Below, piece after piece: positions 47,101 to 56,874 of a stretch of DNA of 64,000 nucleotides. The notes below the pieces were generated by a model. The model ran no database searches, was not told the origin of the DNA, and saw only the letters and a list, made by a program, of their open reading frames with translations. Each line of letters starts with the position of its first letter. Within the stretch, counting starts at the first letter, position 1. The translations under genes were made by a program, and so were the position numbers. The stretch is taken from positions 6,462 to 70,461 of the forward strand of contig DLRY01000046.1 of NCBI GenBank assembly GCA_002500665.1, written 5' to 3'. The stretch is from Opitutia bacterium UBA7876. Lineage in GTDB: Bacteria > Verrucomicrobiota > Verrucomicrobiia > Opitutales > Seribacteraceae.

Positions 47101-48395
47101 ATGCCAAAGACGGACTCCGCTCGGCAAAGGAGGAAGAGTTGAGGACTTTCAGTCGGGTTCTCGCATCCTTTCCGGCCCAAGGGCACAAGTCCATGAGCCT
47201 ATACCTTTCGGACAAACCCGCCCACCGATCGGCCCTCGTCGTGCTCGAGGAGCTCGCCTTGGTCAATGGAGCTCTCGCGGCAAGGCTCTCCCCTCCCGTT
47301 CTCGAAACCCTTCCCGGCGACCTGGATCCTTCCGCCCTTCTCGCCTCCATCATAAAATCCCCGACCGGCCCTGGGGAGTTGGAAAAAGGCTTATCCGGCA
47401 ATAGCCTGCCCACCAAGGTCGCCCTCGCGGGCGTGCGCCTGGCGACCATTTCCGGGAGAAAACTTCCTAGCCTGATCGACCAATTAAGACGCTCGGGCAA
47501 ATTGCCGGCCATGAGCGTTACCCTAAGCGAGCTCAAAAAGGAGAAAATAATGGAACGAGTTGAATTGAGCGGAGACCCTCAAAACGGAGAGTTCGTATAC
47601 CGAAGGGCAGAACTGGCCTGCGTATCATGCCACGCCATAGGCGGAACCGGACCGAAAGTCGGCCCTGATCTGGTGAGCATTGGGGCAAGCGCGCCCTTGG
47701 ACTACCTGATCGAATCTCTTATCGAGCCGAATAAAAAAATCAAGGAAGGCTACCACATGACGGTGGTCACGACCAAAGAAGGAAAGGTGATTGCCGGATT
47801 GATGGAGAGTTCGACCAAGCAAAAGACGATCCTGCGGGAAGTTTCCGGAAACCTCGTCGAGATTGCCGGAAAGAACGTCAGATCCAAGACAATCTCGCCA
47901 GCTTCCCTCATGCCACCGGGATTGACGGCAAGCCTGTCGGAGCACGAATTCGTGGACCTCGTCCGGTTCCTCTCCGAACTGGGGAAGGAAGGACCCTATC
48001 GCTTCCCATCTACCCGCTTCCAGCGAACCCTCCGGATCCCAAAGGCAAATACCGCTACGAGCATTAAGGACCCAAAAAGGTTCCATTTGCTCCCGAAAGA
48101 AAGGACCGACGAACTGCTGGCCATGGTAAACGGCAACATCCCCCTTGCGGAAGTCCCTCCCACTTCACGAGGAACGCGTCTTCTGCGCTTCACTATACCG
48201 AGTGAGGACCCCCGTGAAATCGTCCTACGTTTCGATGAACCGGATCAGCTTGAGCTATGGGCCGACCGCAGGCAGGTCGCCCTTCAAAAAGGCAACCAAG
48301 GCACCAAGGTAGCGCTCGTGCCCGGCAACAATATCTTCGTCATCTCGGTTGCGCCTTCCTATGAAAAAAAGTTTCTCCGCCTGGCGATCAAATAA
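44187..48395 (+). CDS. PVC-type heme-binding CxxCH protein (SGNH-like + beta-propeller + HEAT-like + cytochrome c)
   Basis: RNLGWSGD, FASEPAIRNP..WDERGRLWV, EDTDGDGQAD, GRIWR, CVSCH, GPDLVSIG. Confidence 0.88.
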   Translation: MTRMMPRPSLPALAALFLAQALPAFELKNNDVLVMVGPTLIERMSEYGYFENALLNAYPDYNLKVRNLGWSGDDVRGKSRGYDKPRDGYANLIKQIKEANPTVLLLAYGGVEAWNDSREKFRSDYQRLLDDLKGLGARTALLSPPLQEAWPSPMPDPAAYNVGVWEFSRSIKELCAANKHLFIDLTKLYPAKPKRGERHTSNSLHLNARGYRKLARHLMKSMAKNSKQANFDAPLHEFVRSELRRKNELFFHSWRPQNQTYLFSFRKHEQGRNAADLPKFLPYVEEAEKVVAKALQSGSFPTQTPPPIGNWEDIKPSAKALSAGKDIKIPDDLSLNLFASEPAIRNPTQCAWDERGRLWVATAESYPQILPGFLANDKIVVLEDTDGDGQADRRKVFAEGLLMPTAILPGHGGVYVGTSTQVLHLKDTNGDGKADARKILVSGLGTEDTHHIVHSLRHTEEGKIAFNQSIYINTYSETPWGPRELMKSGAWEFDPHTHRLEIFATGLINPWGFESDPWGECFMTDGAGGEGINHVFRGSGFKTSSLFDRSEVLNGLNPGQPKLCGLAILNTSIFPEKYRGLLVANDFRGHRTVSFRLSPSGSSFLSTQKIDLAKTGSGGLDRLGQGGMFRPIDVDVGLDGALYLTDWSNLIIQHGEVDFRDKRRDQEHGRIWRLAPKGGQVLELNQLHLLSAAKLLEVLQDGEPLARRVARRLLTEATDPGVDEIANSAIRNATDAGKTLELVWLLKSRRLTVPRAALDLLGSAKEPAIRVAALRLGLSPAPFVYDPHPRVRLAALVALGQVGTAQAAERAIRAVDLDMDKPLTFALRETLRALRSHWEGKSSFSNNPAYLSAIVELTGSEAPLKSLLAQVTGKHANHGQDHSAKLPIYASLARIGKAEHLNALYDLACDSSCSVDFRRKTLGLLIQAKKERNLKPTSVPPQSLLNLFQEKALAKEAILLGAAWKHSEAFAHAKDGLRSAKEEELRTFSRVLASFPAQGHKSMSLYLSDKPAHRSALVVLEELALVNGALAARLSPPVLETLPGDLDPSALLASIIKSPTGPGELEKGLSGNSLPTKVALAGVRLATISGRKLPSLIDQLRRSGKLPAMSVTLSELKKEKIMERVELSGDPQNGEFVYRRAELACVSCHAIGGTGPKVGPDLVSIGASAPLDYLIESLIEPNKKIKEGYHMTVVTTKEGKVIAGLMESSTKQKTILREVSGNLVEIAGKNVRSKTISPASLMPPGLTASLSEHEFVDLVRFLSELGKEGPYRFPSTRFQRTLRIPKANTATSIKDPKRFHLLPKERTDELLAMVNGNIPLAEVPPTSRGTRLLRFTIPSEDPREIVLRFDEPDQLELWADRRQVALQKGNQGTKVALVPGNNIFVISVAPSYEKKFLRLAIK

Positions 48396-48448
48396 AAACT
48401 GCCCCGGAAAGTTGACAAGCTACGAGGATCGGGTTAATTGGTTTAGAT

Positions 48449-49192
48449 ATGAGAATGTGGGTGCTTAAGTCAATTTTTCCTCTGCTCTGCTTGCTTTTCG
48501 GTCCCCTTCAGGTTTCAAGCCAAGAGCGTAAGGAAGACTTCAAGCTCCGGCCGACCTTGACCGGCAAGCAGACCGGCTGGCTCGATGCCAAGGATCTGCC
48601 CACTGCGATCAAGATCAACGACCATTGGGTACTTCCGAGGGGCGGCACCATGGAATGGTTGATGAGGAAGGGGTACGTTCCCGACACCGAAAGAACCAAC
48701 GTCATGAAACCCAACCCCTATGACAAGAGATATAGGGAACCCGGCCCGATTCACGTCCCACCCCTCGCGACCACTCCTGCCGATTCCTTCAATATTGGAA
48801 TCAGCCCACGCTGGAAGAAGTCGAACGATCCTTTCGAGGGACTGGCCGACCCCATGAAAAGAAAATTCTCCCCCACGCTGGGAGCCGGTTCGAATCCGGG
48901 ACTGCCCGCCGAAAACGGTGAGCTCGGACCAGTCCTTGATCCTGATGCCGGTTTACCCACGCTGAACAACTCCCCCTTTGCCCCCACGCAACCCGCTCCG
49001 CGCAAGGTTCCAGGGCAGGCTGCCCCCCGTAACCCCATCCCCGCTCCCGATCCTTTCTCGGATGCCGAGGATAGTCCGATCAATCTTCAGCCCAAACCCG
49101 AAGACAGGCCAAAGGTTCTGCCCGGAAGGCCCATAGAGGTTCCTCAACCAGTTAAATCCAACCCATTCGTCCCCGCCAAGCCGGACGCCTGA
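48449..49192 (+). CDS. Exported proline-rich hypothetical protein
   Basis: Signal peptide; Pro-rich C-terminal half with recurring DPF/NPF motifs. Confidence 0.65.
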   Translation: MRMWVLKSIFPLLCLLFGPLQVSSQERKEDFKLRPTLTGKQTGWLDAKDLPTAIKINDHWVLPRGGTMEWLMRKGYVPDTERTNVMKPNPYDKRYREPGPIHVPPLATTPADSFNIGISPRWKKSNDPFEGLADPMKRKFSPTLGAGSNPGLPAENGELGPVLDPDAGLPTLNNSPFAPTQPAPRKVPGQAAPRNPIPAPDPFSDAEDSPINLQPKPEDRPKVLPGRPIEVPQPVKSNPFVPAKPDA

Positions 49193-49220
49193 GTCCCCCT
49201 CTTCCACCCCTCGGGAATCC

Positions 49221-49244
49221 CCTTTCCGTCCGGAAAGGTTTTTT
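49221..49244 (+). terminator. Intrinsic terminator
   Basis: CCTTTCC-GTCC-GGAAAGG followed by TTTTTT. Confidence 0.75.
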
Positions 49245-49283
49245 GCTTTATCTTCGCCCGAGGTAAGACCAGTCTGTAAGCGT

Positions 49284-50096
49284 ATGAAACCATGCCTTAC
49301 CTTGTCTATGGTTCCTTCCCTCAGGGGAGGCCCTTGGGTACTCTGGGACGACCTCGCAACGGGGATCGCAAAAACGTCGAAACTGGGTTTTTCCGCAATC
49401 GAGTTATTTACCGAGGGTCCTTCCGCCGGGGATGAAGGAGAACTGGGCCGGCTCCTTGATGAAAACGGCCTTGAACTAGGGGCCGTAGGAACGGGAGCGG
49501 GAAAAGTCATCAAAGGCTTGACCTTGACGGATCCGGATCCTGGAATCCGGGCCGAGGCAAAGGCTTTTATCTCGGAAATGATTGCCTTCGGCGGGCAATT
49601 CGGCGCCCCCGCCATCATTGGATCCATGCAAGGCAGTTCAGGTGATTCCGCCAGCCGCGCCGACTGCCTTCAATGGCTCGCGGTTGCGCTCGAGGAACTG
49701 GGCGAACAAGCCAAGGATGCGGGCACCTTGCTTATTTACGAGCCTCTCAACAGGTACGAGACCAACCTCTTCAACCGTTTTGGTGATGCTTGTGAATTCC
49801 TCAATGGCCTGCAAACGAGTGGAGTAACCCTTTTGGCCGACCTTTTTCATATGAATATTGAGGAGGAAAACATTGCTCAAGCCCTCAGGCAGGGCTCGAA
49901 ATACGTCGGCCACGTCCACTTTGCGGACAGTAACCGCAGGGCAGTGGGCTTCGGTCACACACCGATTGCCCCCATAGCGGAGGCCCTTCGTGAAATCGAG
50001 TACCGTGGCTGCGTGTCGGCGGAAGCCTTTGACTGGCCCGACCCGGACACGGCCGCCCAAAAGACGATCGATTCGTTCCGAAAGTTCTTCTCCTAG
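49284..50096 (+). CDS. Sugar phosphate isomerase/epimerase (AP endonuclease 2 TIM barrel)
   Basis: LGFSAIEL, IYEPLNRYETN, DLFHMNIEE, HVHFADSNR, SAEAF. Confidence 0.88.
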   Translation: MKPCLTLSMVPSLRGGPWVLWDDLATGIAKTSKLGFSAIELFTEGPSAGDEGELGRLLDENGLELGAVGTGAGKVIKGLTLTDPDPGIRAEAKAFISEMIAFGGQFGAPAIIGSMQGSSGDSASRADCLQWLAVALEELGEQAKDAGTLLIYEPLNRYETNLFNRFGDACEFLNGLQTSGVTLLADLFHMNIEEENIAQALRQGSKYVGHVHFADSNRRAVGFGHTPIAPIAEALREIEYRGCVSAEAFDWPDPDTAAQKTIDSFRKFFS

Positions 50097-50103
50097 TCAC
50101 CCA

Positions 50104-51534
50104 ATGTCCAGCCGACCAAACATCGTATTCCTTTTCACGGACCAGCAAAGGTACGACACCATCGCGGCCTTGGGACATCAACACTGCATCACTCCGAACA
50201 TGGACAGGTTGGTGGAGGAAGGCGTCACGTTCACCGATTGCCACGTCACCGCACCCTCCTGCGCTCCCTCCCGGGCCAGCGTGTTTACGGGACATTACCC
50301 ACATACCACCGGAATCCTCAAGAATGCAGACAACTGGACGCGCAGCTGGATCGAGAATCTCTCCGAGGGGGGGTACCACACCGCAAACGTCGGCAAGATG
50401 CATACTTGGCCCTTTACCACTCCTTGTGGGTTCGACGAGCGATACGTGGTGGAGAACAAAGACCGTTTCCTTGAAGGAGCCGAGTTTCAGGATGACTGGG
50501 AAAAGCACCTCGAGGAAATCGGCGTGGAGAAGCAAAAGCGAATCCTCTATCGCCAAAGAGCCGACTACCGCGAATGCCTGGGGGCCTTTTCCTGGGACCT
50601 CCCCGAGGATACCCATTCCGACGCCTTTACGGGAAACCGGGCCATTCAGTGGATCAACCAATATGAGGGCGGTCAGCCTTTCTTTCTAGAAGTAGGATTC
50701 CCCGGCCCCCACCCTCCCTACGACCCGCCTTCCAGACACCTCGAACTCTACGACGACGTAGAGGTCCCCTTGGCACCGGTCACCGACGAAGATCTGACCG
50801 GACAACCTCCCGCCTACAAGGCCATGCGTACGCACAACGTTGAAATCGACCACGACTCGGTCGTTCACCAACTGGAACCCAGTAGTGAGTCGAGAATCCG
50901 GCAAAGAAAGCATTACCTGGCTAACGTCACCTTGATCGACGAGAAAGTAGGACAAATCCTCAAAGCCCTCGAGGACAAGGGCATTCTCGATAACACCATC
51001 GTGATTTTCTCAAGCGACCACGGGGACTGCCTTACCGACCACGGGCATAGTCAGAAGTGGACCATGTACGATGAAATCACCCGGGTTCCCCTGATCATTC
51101 GCTGTCCCGACCGCTTCGAGGGAGGAAGGAAAGTGGATGACCTGATCCAGTTGATGGATATCGGACCAGCCATCCTGGAAATGGCAGGCGTCGAGTTGCC
51201 CCAAACCATGGACGCGCAAAGCATCCTGCCAGCGCTGCAACAAGATTCTTCCTGGCAAGGGCGCGATTACGTCTACGCCGAGCAGGCCAAGGACCTGATC
51301 CTGACCGACACCGAGTTCATGACCATGGTGCGGAGCAAGGAATGGAAGCTGGTTCACTTCCTGGGCGAAAAGGACGGCCAGCTCTTCGACCTGAAAAGCG
51401 ATCCTTCTGAAACCCGCAACCTTTGGAACGGTCCGGAGCATAGGGAAACGAAGGACGATCTTCTGCAAAACTTGCGCGAGTGGAGAATACGCAGCCACTA
51501 TGAGAACGCAAATTGGGCAAACGACTGGCGTTGA
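50104..51534 (+). CDS. Sulfatase (formylglycine-dependent, Cys-type)
   Basis: Start MSSRPNIVFLFTDQQR. CAPSRAS, GKMH, SSDHGD, MYDEITRVPL, LFDLKSDPSE. Confidence 0.93.
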   Translation: MSSRPNIVFLFTDQQRYDTIAALGHQHCITPNMDRLVEEGVTFTDCHVTAPSCAPSRASVFTGHYPHTTGILKNADNWTRSWIENLSEGGYHTANVGKMHTWPFTTPCGFDERYVVENKDRFLEGAEFQDDWEKHLEEIGVEKQKRILYRQRADYRECLGAFSWDLPEDTHSDAFTGNRAIQWINQYEGGQPFFLEVGFPGPHPPYDPPSRHLELYDDVEVPLAPVTDEDLTGQPPAYKAMRTHNVEIDHDSVVHQLEPSSESRIRQRKHYLANVTLIDEKVGQILKALEDKGILDNTIVIFSSDHGDCLTDHGHSQKWTMYDEITRVPLIIRCPDRFEGGRKVDDLIQLMDIGPAILEMAGVELPQTMDAQSILPALQQDSSWQGRDYVYAEQAKDLILTDTEFMTMVRSKEWKLVHFLGEKDGQLFDLKSDPSETRNLWNGPEHRETKDDLLQNLREWRIRSHYENANWANDWR

Positions 51535-51549
51535 CCTGCGAATGCTGAA

Positions 51550-53109
51550 ATGACCGACCTGGCACAAGAATCGAAGCTGGAAATTCGCGAAGCTCCTACC
51601 AGAGCTCTAGAGATTCTCAAAAACGTCGGCCCGGGCATGATCCTGGCAGGCTCCATAGTTGGCTCAGGTGAATTGATAGCCACCACCCGAACCGGGGCGG
51701 AAGCCCATTTCGACTTTCTCTGGCTGATTATTCTGGGATGCATCATCAAGGTTTTTGCCCAGATCGAGCTGGGGCGATATGCCATAACCAACGGCAAGAC
51801 CACCCTAGCGGCACTCAATGAAGTCCCGGGGCCGGTGCTCCGAATGGCAGTGGGCAACCGCATGATCAGGGCAAACTGGATCATCTGGTATTGGTGCCTG
51901 ATGTTTTTTTCCATCCTCGGCCAACAGGGAGGAATCGTTGGCGGAGTCGGCCAAGCCATGGCCATCAGCATCCCTATCACCGATGAAGGCAAGGCCTACA
52001 ACGAATACGTGGCCCAAAAAATCACACTCGACGTAAGTCGGGCTGAACTGGCCAACCTGGCTCGGAACGCTCCTGCATCCGAAAAGGAAGCTCTTGATGA
52101 GAAAATCGCTCATCTACATGTTCAATTGAAGAAAATAGGAGATATCCCAAAAGCCAAGGACGACGTCTACTGGTCCCTTATCTTAACTTTGGCGGCAATC
52201 TTCCTACTTGTGTGGGGCAAGTTCACTTTTATCGAGAGGTTTTCCGTCTTCCTGGTCGCCGCCTTTACTCTGATCACCATCGCCAACCTTTTTGCTCTCC
52301 AAAGCTACGACAAATGGGCGGTAACCATGGTGGAGCTCAAACGTGGGCTGTCCTTCGGATTCCCGGAAGGGAACCAGGCGCTCGTCACTGCCCTGGCGAC
52401 TTTCGGGATCATAGGCGTTGGCGCATCCGAACTCCTCGCCTACCCCTACTGGTGCCTTGAGAAAGGATACGGCAAATACGTCGGCAAGAAAGACGACAGC
52501 GAAGGATGGATACGCCGAGCGAAAGGATGGATGAAAGTGATGCACTGGGATTCTTGGGGAGCAATGCTCGTCTATACCTTCTGCACCATAGCCTTTTATC
52601 TTCTCGGTGCGGCCGTCTTGGGGCGTTCGAACCTTATTCCTGAGGGATCTGAAATGATCCAGACCCTGTCCGCAATGTACCAGCCCGTTTTCGGAGCCTT
52701 CGCACAGAACCTCTTCCTTTTCGGGGCCTTTGCGGTCCTTTTCTCGACCTTCTACGTCGCCATTGCCGCACAGGGACGGCTCGTCGTGGACGTAGCCAAG
52801 GTAACCGGGGTCGCCAAGCTGGATGAAGCCGGGCGACTTCGCGGGCTTAAATGGATGGGCGTCGTCCTTCCCTCATTGAGCGTTCTCTGCTACGTGTTCT
52901 TCCCAAGTCCCGTTATACTAGTCCTGATATCGGGAAGCATGCAGGCCATTATGCTTCCCATTATTGGCTTTGCCGTTCTTTACTTCCGCTATAAGAAATG
53001 CGACCATCGCTTAAAGCCCGGAAAACTTTGGGATTTCTTCCTTTGGCTTTCCTGCGCCGGTTTTCTTATCGTCGGCGCCTACCAAACCTACGCAAAGCTA
53101 TTCCAATGA
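51550..53109 (+). CDS. Nramp/MntH-like multi-pass transporter
   Basis: GPGMILAGSIVGSGELIATT and about 11 hydrophobic segments. Confidence 0.8.
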   Translation: MTDLAQESKLEIREAPTRALEILKNVGPGMILAGSIVGSGELIATTRTGAEAHFDFLWLIILGCIIKVFAQIELGRYAITNGKTTLAALNEVPGPVLRMAVGNRMIRANWIIWYWCLMFFSILGQQGGIVGGVGQAMAISIPITDEGKAYNEYVAQKITLDVSRAELANLARNAPASEKEALDEKIAHLHVQLKKIGDIPKAKDDVYWSLILTLAAIFLLVWGKFTFIERFSVFLVAAFTLITIANLFALQSYDKWAVTMVELKRGLSFGFPEGNQALVTALATFGIIGVGASELLAYPYWCLEKGYGKYVGKKDDSEGWIRRAKGWMKVMHWDSWGAMLVYTFCTIAFYLLGAAVLGRSNLIPEGSEMIQTLSAMYQPVFGAFAQNLFLFGAFAVLFSTFYVAIAAQGRLVVDVAKVTGVAKLDEAGRLRGLKWMGVVLPSLSVLCYVFFPSPVILVLISGSMQAIMLPIIGFAVLYFRYKKCDHRLKPGKLWDFFLWLSCAGFLIVGAYQTYAKLFQ

Positions 53110-54011
53110 AAACAACAAGACGTACTGCCATCAAGTCCGCCGCTGGCTCGACCCTTGCGATCGCAGGACTCAACGCCACTTCGGCCCAAGCCCAAACGGC
53201 TAAAAACAAGGCAAACCCCAAGTTCCGTATCAAGAACGGTCGCATCAAGCAGTCCATTATGGGATGGACCTTCAAGCCCATGCCGGTCCCCGAGCTAGCC
53301 AGGCTATCCAAGGAAGTGGGACTGGTCGCCATGGAGGGCATTTCCAGAGACCACTACCCTCTCTTGAAAAAACTGGACCTGGACGTTTCCCTACTGCGTA
53401 GTCACGGATTCAAGAAAGGTCCGGTTGACCCGAAGAATCACGACGAGTGCCTCGCCAAGCTGACCGAGGCCATCGAGGTGTGCGCTGGCGCAGGCTACAA
53501 GCGCGTCATCACCTTCACTGGCATGAAGGCTGAAGGGATTGACGACGAGCAAGCTGAGCAAAACTGCATCAAGCTGTGGAAAAAGGTACTTCCTCTGGCC
53601 GAGAAAAAGAAGGTCACCCTTTGCCTAGAGCACCTAAACTCCCGCGACGACAGTCATCCTATGAAGGGCCATCCCGGTTACTTTGGCGACGACGTCGACC
53701 ACTGCGTCAAGATGATCGAGAAGATCGGATCGCCCAGCTTCAAGCTACTTTTCGACGTCTATCACGTGCAAATCATGAACGGCGACGTCATACGTCGGAT
53801 CAGGGAGTACAAGGATTTCATTGGCCATTTTCACGTAGCCGGAAATCCCGGGCGAGCGGAACTGGACGACAAGCAGGAAATCAACTATCCCCCCGTCATG
53901 AACGCCATTCTCGAAACCGGTTTCGACGGTTACGTCGCCCACGAATTCATTCCCACCTGGGAGGACAAGGAGCTCGCCTTGCGACACGCCGCCCAAATCC
54001 TGGACGTCTAG
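53106..54011 (+). CDS. Tat-exported hydroxypyruvate-isomerase (Hyi)-family TIM barrel
   Basis: Start MKTTRRTAIK (twin-Arg). LEHLNS, LLFDVYHVQIMNGD, HVAGNPGR.ELDD.QEINY. Confidence 0.85.
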   Translation: MKTTRRTAIKSAAGSTLAIAGLNATSAQAQTAKNKANPKFRIKNGRIKQSIMGWTFKPMPVPELARLSKEVGLVAMEGISRDHYPLLKKLDLDVSLLRSHGFKKGPVDPKNHDECLAKLTEAIEVCAGAGYKRVITFTGMKAEGIDDEQAEQNCIKLWKKVLPLAEKKKVTLCLEHLNSRDDSHPMKGHPGYFGDDVDHCVKMIEKIGSPSFKLLFDVYHVQIMNGDVIRRIREYKDFIGHFHVAGNPGRAELDDKQEINYPPVMNAILETGFDGYVAHEFIPTWEDKELALRHAAQILDV

Positions 54012-54047
54012 CTCTTCTGCTCGTCTCCCAGTTCACCGCTAACAGGC

Positions 54048-55118
54048 TTGAAGCAAGAACCAACGCTCTCCCCGGCTCCTCGTTCATCCACACCGGGTTC
54101 TTTTTCCTTCGGCGTCATCGTCACCCTGCTTGTCTTTCTGGGAATAGGCAAAGCACCTATCTCCTCGGCATTCCCTGCAGAACGCGCCGCTCCGAAGACC
54201 CCTCCTCCATCCGCCTCGCTCGCGTGGAAATCCATTCCTTTGCTTCCGGAAAACTTTGATCGCAATCAGTTCGTCGAGGCCAACCCCCAAGCCTCCGAAA
54301 ACCCGCCGGACGAGACCTCTAACTTTTCCTTTAAGGACCAACAGGCCGCTCAGCCAAAGCCCAATACTGATTTGCCCGAAGCCCAGGCTCCCGAAGTCTT
54401 GGGAGAGAAGCAAACGAGTAAAATCGTACCAGCCGAGAATCCCGAGCCTTCCCCACCGGAAACGCCTGTTGAAACCGTTCCTCCAACCAAGCCCACCCCG
54501 AGCGAAGATTCCGCTATTCCCAATCAGGCTAAGATTCTCCCTGCATCCGACGTCGAACTGGAAGAAGGTCCCTCCGATGACGGCAGTCGAACACGCAAGA
54601 GCGAAACAAAGGCCAAGGAAAGCCTCGCCCTGAATCGTCATCAACAACAAGAACCCGACGCATTAAGCCCTGTGCAACTGCCGCGTGTTCCAGCCAAGCC
54701 TTATCCCCAAGCGCGCCCCAAGCTCTCCCCCGAGCTTATTCGTGGTCCCTTGACCAAAACTTTCACCACGGCGCCGAGAATAGGAACGGTTGCGATCGAA
54801 TGCCGGCTCCATCCCTATGGCGTATACCTTCAACAAATGCTCAAGTCCATCGAGGAGCAATGGCATCAACTTGCCGCAGGATCCACCAGCTTCCTTCAGA
54901 AAGACCGTCTGCCGGGCTTAATCACCATCCGCTTCACCCTTTTGTCCACGGGGAGAATCGAAAAGCTTTCCCGACTCGATTCCGAAGGCCCTTCCCTTCC
55001 CGCTGAGCTTTGCAGGCAGGCAATTCAGTCTCGAGTTCCCTTTGGCAAATGGACGGACGACATGATCAAGGATTTCGGCAAGTCCGATGAAGTGACGATC
55101 AGTTTCCGCTACCGATGA
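54048..55118 (+). CDS. TonB/TolA-like energy transducer (TM + Pro-rich spacer + TonB_C-like domain)
   Basis: TM FGVIVTLLVFLGIG, Pro/Glu-rich linker, C-terminal YLQQMLKSIEEQW...ITIRFTL..TGRI...VTISFRY. Confidence 0.7.
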   Translation: MKQEPTLSPAPRSSTPGSFSFGVIVTLLVFLGIGKAPISSAFPAERAAPKTPPPSASLAWKSIPLLPENFDRNQFVEANPQASENPPDETSNFSFKDQQAAQPKPNTDLPEAQAPEVLGEKQTSKIVPAENPEPSPPETPVETVPPTKPTPSEDSAIPNQAKILPASDVELEEGPSDDGSRTRKSETKAKESLALNRHQQQEPDALSPVQLPRVPAKPYPQARPKLSPELIRGPLTKTFTTAPRIGTVAIECRLHPYGVYLQQMLKSIEEQWHQLAAGSTSFLQKDRLPGLITIRFTLLSTGRIEKLSRLDSEGPSLPAELCRQAIQSRVPFGKWTDDMIKDFGKSDEVTISFRYR

Positions 55119-55888
55119 CTTTGCCTGCCGGGGATATGCCGCTTGACCGGCAATGCCGGATTATCGCTCATCAGGAGACTGGGGGAGCCAACATTTGGGC
55201 TTTTGAGAAGGCGTCCGGGATCCTGACCCATCCCAACAAAGAAAAAGACTCTTACCGACGGAAGGCAAAAACTCTCCTACACGCCCCTTATGACGAAAAG
55301 GAAGAAGCTTACCACTGGACTGATTCCCAAGGCATCGAAAGAAAGCTTTGCCTCGTTCACCGTCTTGACTCACCCACTTCCGGGGTAATCCTTGGCGTAG
55401 ACTCACCGGAGTTATCTTCCTCGATCAAGGAGGCTTTCTCCAAGCGTCTGGTCTCGAAGATCTACCACGCCATCATTCTTCCATCCAAGGTTCCTCTAAG
55501 AGAAGGAACTTGGAAAGATAACCTTCTTGTGAAACGAGAAAAAGGGAAGCTCAGGGTCGTCCGGGGGAACGGCCCAACCGCTTTGACAAGAGCCTCCGTT
55601 GAGAGATCACGAATCGGCCTTTATGGCCTGAGCTTGCTCAAACTGATGCCGCAAACGGGCAGGACGCACCAGTTGCGAATACAATGCGCGCTCAGGAACA
55701 TCCCGATTCTCGGTGACAAGAACTATGGCAATTTTGCCCTAAACCGCAAACTCGCCAAGGCTTCCAGAGTTGATCGCCTCTGCCTGCATGCATCGAAAAT
55801 CGAACTCGAAATCAACTGGAAAGGCAGGGCGTTTGTCTTTTCCGCAGACTCTCCCTTGCCAAGATCGTTTGGTAAATTGCTCTCCTAA
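55115..55888 (+). CDS. RluA-family RNA pseudouridine synthase
   Basis: LVHRLDSPTSGVIL, PQTGRTHQLR, PILGDKNYG, LCLHA. Confidence 0.92.
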   Translation: MTLPAGDMPLDRQCRIIAHQETGGANIWAFEKASGILTHPNKEKDSYRRKAKTLLHAPYDEKEEAYHWTDSQGIERKLCLVHRLDSPTSGVILGVDSPELSSSIKEAFSKRLVSKIYHAIILPSKVPLREGTWKDNLLVKREKGKLRVVRGNGPTALTRASVERSRIGLYGLSLLKLMPQTGRTHQLRIQCALRNIPILGDKNYGNFALNRKLAKASRVDRLCLHASKIELEINWKGRAFVFSADSPLPRSFGKLLS

Positions 55889-56850
55889 AGAGGGAGCAAT
55901 TGCTCCAGCTTGGTAAAGGAGGAATCCGGAAACCCCATCGCCCTTTTCAAGAAGCAATCCCTTTCCAGCGGATTTGATAAAGCCCGCGATTGCCTCCACT
56001 GACCGGAAGTGATCAACCCACCCATGAGAGGACCAACCCCACCGACGGGAACAGGATAATCGCTTCCATGGATCACCCGATCGGGGAACCTCGAAGAAAG
56101 TAGTGCCTTCGCCGTCCTCCAGCGGTTCGGGCTACACAGGGCGCTGTTGTCAGTGAACAAGTTCGGGTATTGTTCGAACATGGAGAAAAGGTCCGAAGTG
56201 TAGTCCGGATCCAATATACCGCTACGACCCGCTCCATGAGCAGCGATAGTCTTGACCCCGCATTCCAAGGGAAGACGGAGGACACGCGGATCGGCATAAC
56301 CGGCATTGACAACGGGCACGGAAAATTCACCACCCGTATGAGCCAGAAAAACTAAGCCTGCTCGTGAGACTTTCTCCCAGAAATCCCGATAGGATCGATC
56401 AGAGCAGTCGACGTTGTGACAGTTGGGCAACAACTTCAATACCTTTGCCCCTTCAGCAATGCATTTCTCAAGTTCCTCGATCGCATCCTTGCGGGCCGGA
56501 TGGATCGAGCATGCGGGGATGAACTCCTCATGCTTGCGTCCAAGTGACAGGACGATCGGATTAGGAACGTAGAAACTAGCTTTGTTCCTCATAGGCAAAC
56601 CCTCCGAGTCATGAGGATAATCCATGGCCAGCAGAACCACTGCATCGAGGGAAGAATCTTCGATCCATTTGAGTGCCTGCTCGAGGTAAGCCGAGTCCAT
56701 GCCGGATTTCAAAACCGACAAGGGCAACCCGGCGGACTTAGCCAATAGGCAGGCAAAGGAGATACGAAGGGGATTGCTCAAACCAAGCCAGCAACCCGAA
56801 CCATCGGAACCATCACCGATTAAATGGACGTGCCCGTCAATTTTCCTCAT
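55885..56850 (-). CDS. Amidohydrolase family protein
   Basis: IDGHVH, LAHTG, AAHGA, VIHGSDYP. Confidence 0.88.
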   Translation of the reverse strand: MRKIDGHVHLIGDGSDGSGCWLGLSNPLRISFACLLAKSAGLPLSVLKSGMDSAYLEQALKWIEDSSLDAVVLLAMDYPHDSEGLPMRNKASFYVPNPIVLSLGRKHEEFIPACSIHPARKDAIEELEKCIAEGAKVLKLLPNCHNVDCSDRSYRDFWEKVSRAGLVFLAHTGGEFSVPVVNAGYADPRVLRLPLECGVKTIAAHGAGRSGILDPDYTSDLFSMFEQYPNLFTDNSALCSPNRWRTAKALLSSRFPDRVIHGSDYPVPVGGVGPLMGGLITSGQWRQSRALSNPLERDCFLKRAMGFPDSSFTKLEQLLPL

Positions 56851-56874
56851 CGGGCAATCGGAGGAGGAAAAGGA

